Below are positions 59,403 to 64,000 of a stretch of DNA of 64,000 nt, one piece after another (the stretch's first letter is position 1; every line of letters begins with the position of its first letter). The notes under the pieces were generated by a model. It was not told the origin of the DNA, searched no databases, and saw only the letters and a program-made list of their open reading frames with translations. The stretch is from Abditibacterium sp. (GTDB lineage: Bacteria; Armatimonadota; Abditibacteriia; Abditibacteriales; Abditibacteriaceae): the NCBI GenBank assembly GCA_965199495.1, contig CBDASK010000003.1:1440001-1504000 (forward strand), given 5' to 3'. The translations under genes and the position numbers were made by a program.

Positions 59403-59459
59403 GGGAAAATAAAGCGCGCCGAAACCTTGGATTGCGGCGCGCTTGCGATTGACCGCGAT

Positions 59460-60278
59460 TTATGGCGTTCCTGTGCCGTTGAAAAGTTCGTTGGTGGCGA
59501 GGTTGCCATCTTCGTCAATGTTGCCGATAAAATTAGCGCGCAAAGCCTGAACGCGCGCGTTGTTGCCAGCGGGAAAAACCGCGCGCATGGCTTTGACGTG
59601 GCCGTCGCAAAACAAAACGTTGCCGGTTTCGAGATGGCGCGCGTGAAAGTTGGGATATTGGCCCGCCGAAGAGGGCGACGAAATATAGGTCGAGCGAATG
59701 ACGTTGAGCGCGGACGTGAAATCCAACTGGGCGCCATCGGCGAAACAAACGGTTTTGGCGCTGTCTTGGATGGCCGCCAAGCTGATGCCCGGAATGCCTG
59801 CGCCATAGGTCGGCGCCAAAGTGCCCGCGTTATAGGCGTAGCCGGTTGTGCCTTCGTAGGGATTGTTGGGAATCGCCGTAAACGATGGACAATTACGCAC
59901 TTGGTCGCTTTTCATATAGGGCTGAATCAATCCACCGCGATAATCGAAATTGGCGCCATCCCACGCGCCCCACCAATAAACCGCCGGATTGGTGGGCGTG
60001 GCCGAACTGGAACCGGCGCCCCGGTTGAAAGCCATCATTTTTTCGTCGTAGTCTTGCGCGTATTGCAGCCAGCCCAAACCGATTTGTTTGAGATTCGACT
60101 GACAAGAGGTGCGGCGCGCATTTTCCCTCGCGCGGGCGAAAACCGGGAAAAGTATCGCCGCCAAAATGGCGATTATCGCGATGACGACGAGCAATTCTAT
60201 CAGCGTAAATGCGGATTTTCCGTTCGAGTACGGTGCGGATGCCGTCGTGAGAGGCGGCGAGAAACGTGTTGTTTTCAT
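59460..60278 (-). CDS. DUF1559-type prepilin N-terminal cleavage/methylation protein with H-X9-DG motif
   Basis: [41 protein letters not shown]; alternative GTG start at 60434. Confidence 0.92.
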   Translation of the reverse strand: MKTTRFSPPLTTASAPYSNGKSAFTLIELLVVIAIIAILAAILFPVFARARENARRTSCQSNLKQIGLGWLQYAQDYDEKMMAFNRGAGSSSATPTNPAVYWWGAWDGANFDYRGGLIQPYMKSDQVRNCPSFTAIPNNPYEGTTGYAYNAGTLAPTYGAGIPGISLAAIQDSAKTVCFADGAQLDFTSALNVIRSTYISSPSSAGQYPNFHARHLETGNVLFCDGHVKAMRAVFPAGNNARVQALRANFIGNIDEDGNLATNELFNGTGTP

Positions 60279-60464
60279 GGTGTTTTTGGCGCTCCCGACG
60301 AGCGCGAAAAACCAAAAAACCCGACTTCGAGAAAACGAAATCGGGGTGAGAACAAACGTAGTCGCGCGCAGCAGCCACGCCCACGGATGAAACCAATGGG
60401 GCGAGCGGAAACTCGGCGAAAACGGATGCTTCACCCCATTCCCTCGAAGGCGTGTTGCGCGCGC

Positions 60465-60645
60465 AGCCGGTTGTCTCCTGACTCATCGTTTCATCCTTCG
60501 CCCGTCTTCCCAGAAATTCAGAATTTCCAGTGACGTAATTTGGGCGTCGTCGGCGACTACAGTGGCGGGGCCGTCCATATGGGAAAGTCGAAATGCGTTC
60601 GGCTTTCCCTCCGTGTTCCGAAACCTTGCGGTTTCATTCCGGCTG
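60465..60645 (-). ncRNA. Cobalamin riboswitch (atypical 5' half)
   Basis: Minus strand: gccccgccactgta ... gtcactgg ... ctgggaagac ... gagtcaggagacaacc (B12 box); 5' boundary approximate. Confidence 0.82.
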
Positions 60646-60852
60646 TGCGTTGGGTTATTCGGTTGTTCATTGAGCTTAACCGATGAAACGAGTGCGAGAT
60701 AAGGCGCGTTTCGCGAATGACTGTGGCTTGAGTTAGCCAAGCGCACGCAACAGCATTAATTCAACTCAAGCGCGCGAAAAATTCACTTTCGGGGGCTTTC
60801 TCCGATTGACAACGAGCGCGAAATCGCTCCTACTTAGAAGTTGGAATTTTCT

Positions 60853-63800
60853 ATGCGCTTTTTCATGCCCGCTGCGGCAGCCTTGCTTCTGATAAGTCCC
60901 GTCATTCGCCTCGCACAGGCCCAGACAACCCCCGAAAAAATAACGCCGCTCGCGCCCAAAACGCAATCGCAATCCCTCGTCAACCAACTGCTGCGCGAAG
61001 GCAAAGTCATGCGCGCCTCAGACGCCAAACGCGGCATGAAAGGTTACGCGCTCAGCGTGTTTCAGGGCACCAAAATCGAGAAGTTCAACGTCGAAGTTTT
61101 GGGCACGCTCGAACGCGTGCAGGGCGGCGGCGACTTGGTAATGATTAAAGTTTTGGATGGGCCGGTCGTCACGCGACAGAGCGGTATTATTCAGGGCATG
61201 AGCGGTTCGCCGGTTTATATCAACGGTAAACTTCTGGGCGCCATCGCGATTGGTTTTGGCTTTCCCAAAGAACCGATTGGCGGCGTCACGCCCATCACTG
61301 AAATGATCGAGGGCGCCCTGCCCGATAATTCGCAGAAACCCAATCCCGTCAAAGTCGCGGAATTGCCCGCGTTGTCGCGCCGTGTGGCGAATTATAGCGC
61401 GGCCAAAGCCGATAAAGCGCAGGTTTTCACCGCGCCGCAACCGTGGATCGAAGGCGCGTATGTTCCCAAACAGCCGCTGCAAATCGGCGAGCATAACGTG
61501 ACGCGCGTGGCGGTTTCGTCCGACCTGCGCGTGCCCGATTGGAGCGGCGTGGCTGGTGCCGCCACGATGGCGATGCGGCCTTGCACGCGATTAGTTTTGT
61601 TGAGCGGCGTTTCGCCCGATTCTTTGCCGCGCTGGCAACGCTTGTTCGCGCCCTATGGTTTAACGCCGATGATCGGCGGCGGCGCGATGAGCAAATCGGC
61701 GCAAATGCAGGTTTTTGGCACGCCCTCGACCAAAACCGGCGTGCAAGCCAACTTGGCGCCGGGCGCGGCGATTGGCGTTCAACTCGCGTCGGGCGATGTG
61801 GACGCGACTGGCGTTGGAACCGTCACTTATCGCGTGGGCAATCGCCTATTGGCGTTTGGGCATCCGATGTTCAACTTGGGCAGCGTTTCGATGCCGATGA
61901 CGACGGCTTACGTTCACGATATTTTTCCGGCCTACGACATTTCGTTTAAATTAGCCTCGCCAATTAAGGTCGTGGGCGAGTTGCAGCAGGACACCAACTT
62001 CGCGATTGGCGGCACCGTCGGGCGCATCGCGCAGACCGTCCCGATGCACATTTCCCTCGTTGACCCGGCCAAGAAAATCAATCGCGATTGGAACATGAAG
62101 CTCATCAAAGACCCGCTGTTTACTCCGCAGTTGGCGAGCAACACCGCGCAGGAAGCGCTGACCGCCGCATTGGGTTTAGATTCGGGCAAAACCGTCAACG
62201 TCGCGTTTCGCATGCGTCTGAAAAATGGCGCGCTCATCAATCGGCACAACACGGTTTACTCGGACGGCCAAGTTTTGCAGGGCGCCTTGACCGAAATGCT
62301 GACGGCGCTGTCTTTAACGCAGCAAAACCCGTTCGAGAAGGGCGACATCGCCGGAATAGATTTGGCCGTCGAAGTCGTGCCCGAACGCAAAACCGCGACG
62401 ATTCGCGCGATTTCCGCCGACCGCAACAAAGTCAAGGCGGGCGAAAAAGTCACCGTGACCGTCGAATTGGAGCCGACCGGACAGCCCGACGAAACCGTTA
62501 CCAAACGATTTGTCGTGCCGATTCCCGCCGACTCACCTAACGGCACCTTGCGCGTGGCTGTTGGCCCCGCCGACTTGTTCTGGATGCTGCGCGCGCGCGT
62601 CGGTGGCACCCCGCCCAACCCCGGCAACCTGCCCGAACTGTTGCAAGCCTACGATAAAGTCGGCGCCTCCAACGTGTTGACTTTGCAGGCTTCGACGCCC
62701 GACCGATTTTTGTTGGTTGACCGCAAAAAAGTTTCGGATCCGCCGCCGTTGTGGGGTCGTTTGGTGCCGCAAGCCGCGTCGAGTTCGCTACGCGCCTATA
62801 ACGAGACCGTCGAGCAGCAGCAGAAAAGCGAATACGTGTTGTCGGGCCAGCAGTTTTTGGCGATTCCCGTTGAATCGGTGCGCCCCAGCGACCGCAACGA
62901 GCCAACGGACGCGACGCAAAATAGCGGCGCCAGCACCGCGAGCGATGCGACCGACGCGGGCGATATTCTGGACGGCGGACAAACCACGATGTCAACGCTG
63001 GGCGACGATGAAATGGCGACTGATTGGGATCAATTCGACACGCCCGCTCGCTATCGCGCCGTTTTGCGCAAGCTGAATTTGCGCAATCTGCAAATTCCGT
63101 CCAAGGGCAACGAACCGCCCAAACTGCCGCCGACCGAAACGCCCAAAACCACGCCCGCCGTGCCAGCCACGCCGACGCCCAAAGTCGAAGCGACGCCCGC
63201 GCCAACGCCGGTTCCGGCTCCGACGCCCGACCCAACGGCCAATAATATCGCGCGCCCGCCGGGCCGATGGATTCAAAACACGACCGCCGATTTCAACGGC
63301 GGCAATTTCTACGGTTCGGTCGTGAGCGACGACGGTTCGATTGTGCCCGGCCCGCGCGAAAAAGAATTGGTTTCGAGCGCCGAACCGGTCGCATGGAGTC
63401 TGGCGGTCGCACCCGACAACACGCTTTACGTCGGCACCGGTTTTCACGCGCGCCTGTTGCAAATTCGCAACGGCGTTTCGCGCGTGATGTTCGAGGGGCC
63501 AGAAGTCGCCATTACCGCCCTGGCGTTGGGCGAAGACGGCACCCTCTACGCCGGAGCCAGTCCGGGCGGACGCGTTTACCGGTTCAGGCCGGACGGCAAG
63601 CGCGAGGTTTTGCTGCAAACCAAAGAAACATTTATTCACGCGCTCAAAATTACGCCGCAGGGACTTTACGTCGGCACGGGCGGGCCGCGCGCCACGCTCT
63701 ATCGCATCGAAAACCCCGCGACGGTTTCGGCCAACCCGATTGCCAAACCGTTGGTCGTGTTGCCGCAAACGCATCTCAACTCGCTCGAAGTGCGCGGCTC

Positions 63801-64000
63801 CGACATCTATGCGGGCACCGGCGACGACGCGGTTTTGTATCGCGTGGACAGCGCGGGCACGGCGACGGCGCTCTATCAGGCGACCAATCCGACGGCGGCG
63901 AGCGGCGGCACGATTACGATTAGCGGCGCGGGCCAAACGCAGATCATCAACGTCGCGTCAACCGAGGGTGTGGGGATTGGCGGTATATCCGCCAATCCGC
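60853..64000 (+). CDS. Secreted SpoIVB-like peptidase S55 domain protein with C-terminal beta-propeller repeats (runs off window)
   Basis: Hand translation: signal peptide, GMKGYALSVFQG, GIIQGMSGSPVYINGKLLGA, LAFGHP; later YVGTG/YAG repeats; not in track because there is no stop in the window. Confidence 0.85.
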   Translation, partial: MRFFMPAAAALLLISPVIRLAQAQTTPEKITPLAPKTQSQSLVNQLLREGKVMRASDAKRGMKGYALSVFQGTKIEKFNVEVLGTLERVQGGGDLVMIKVLDGPVVTRQSGIIQGMSGSPVYINGKLLGAIAIGFGFPKEPIGGVTPITEMIEGALPDNSQKPNPVKVAELPALSRRVANYSAAKADKAQVFTAPQPWIEGAYVPKQPLQIGEHNVTRVAVSSDLRVPDWSGVAGAATMAMRPCTRLVLLSGVSPDSLPRWQRLFAPYGLTPMIGGGAMSKSAQMQVFGTPSTKTGVQANLAPGAAIGVQLASGDVDATGVGTVTYRVGNRLLAFGHPMFNLGSVSMPMTTAYVHDIFPAYDISFKLASPIKVVGELQQDTNFAIGGTVGRIAQTVPMHISLVDPAKKINRDWNMKLIKDPLFTPQLASNTAQEALTAALGLDSGKTVNVAFRMRLKNGALINRHNTVYSDGQVLQGALTEMLTALSLTQQNPFEKGDIAGIDLAVEVVPERKTATIRAISADRNKVKAGEKVTVTVELEPTGQPDETVTKRFVVPIPADSPNGTLRVAVGPADLFWMLRARVGGTPPNPGNLPELLQAYDKVGASNVLTLQASTPDRFLLVDRKKVSDPPPLWGRLVPQAASSSLRAYNETVEQQQKSEYVLSGQQFLAIPVESVRPSDRNEPTDATQNSGASTASDATDAGDILDGGQTTMSTLGDDEMATDWDQFDTPARYRAVLRKLNLRNLQIPSKGNEPPKLPPTETPKTTPAVPATPTPKVEATPAPTPVPAPTPDPTANNIARPPGRWIQNTTADFNGGNFYGSVVSDDGSIVPGPREKELVSSAEPVAWSLAVAPDNTLYVGTGFHARLLQIRNGVSRVMFEGPEVAITALALGEDGTLYAGASPGGRVYRFRPDGKREVLLQTKETFIHALKITPQGLYVGTGGPRATLYRIENPATVSANPIAKPLVVLPQTHLNSLEVRGSDIYAGTGDDAVLYRVDSAGTATALYQATNPTAASGGTITISGAGQTQIINVASTEGVGIGGISANP

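Overview
A 64-kb, moderately GC-rich bacterial chromosomal window of mostly housekeeping and envelope genes (dgt, cinA, hemW, lpxC, mscS, fpg/nei, rodA, dinG, moaD-moaE fusion, aspartokinase, rpmG, glmS, Btu/Fec-type ABC importer, several glycoside hydrolases, three DUF1559-type pilin-like genes). No rRNA, tRNA, CRISPR array, transposase or prophage was seen. LpxC plus multiple H-X9-DG pilin-like genes suggests a diderm of the Armatimonadota/Abditibacteriota type (inference). Highlights: (1) the non-palindromic 7-mer AGCCACG/CGTGGCT occurs about once per kb on both strands and in several reading frames, like a DNA-uptake-sequence-type genomic signal; (2) about ten long intergenic inverted-repeat elements, some composite; (3) a non-canonical grpE-hsp70-membrane J-like operon lacking both the J-domain HPD and the Hsp70 hydrophobic linker; (4) a sortase with an IPNTG substrate in an LpxC-encoding genome; (5) an atypical cobalamin riboswitch upstream of two pilin-like genes; (6) an orphan BrxC/DUF6079-like ATPase; (7) a Fur/Zur, Cys-free L33 and MerC-like cluster with a shared candidate operator. 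Start codons were adjusted by eye; all product calls come from motif recognition, not database searches.
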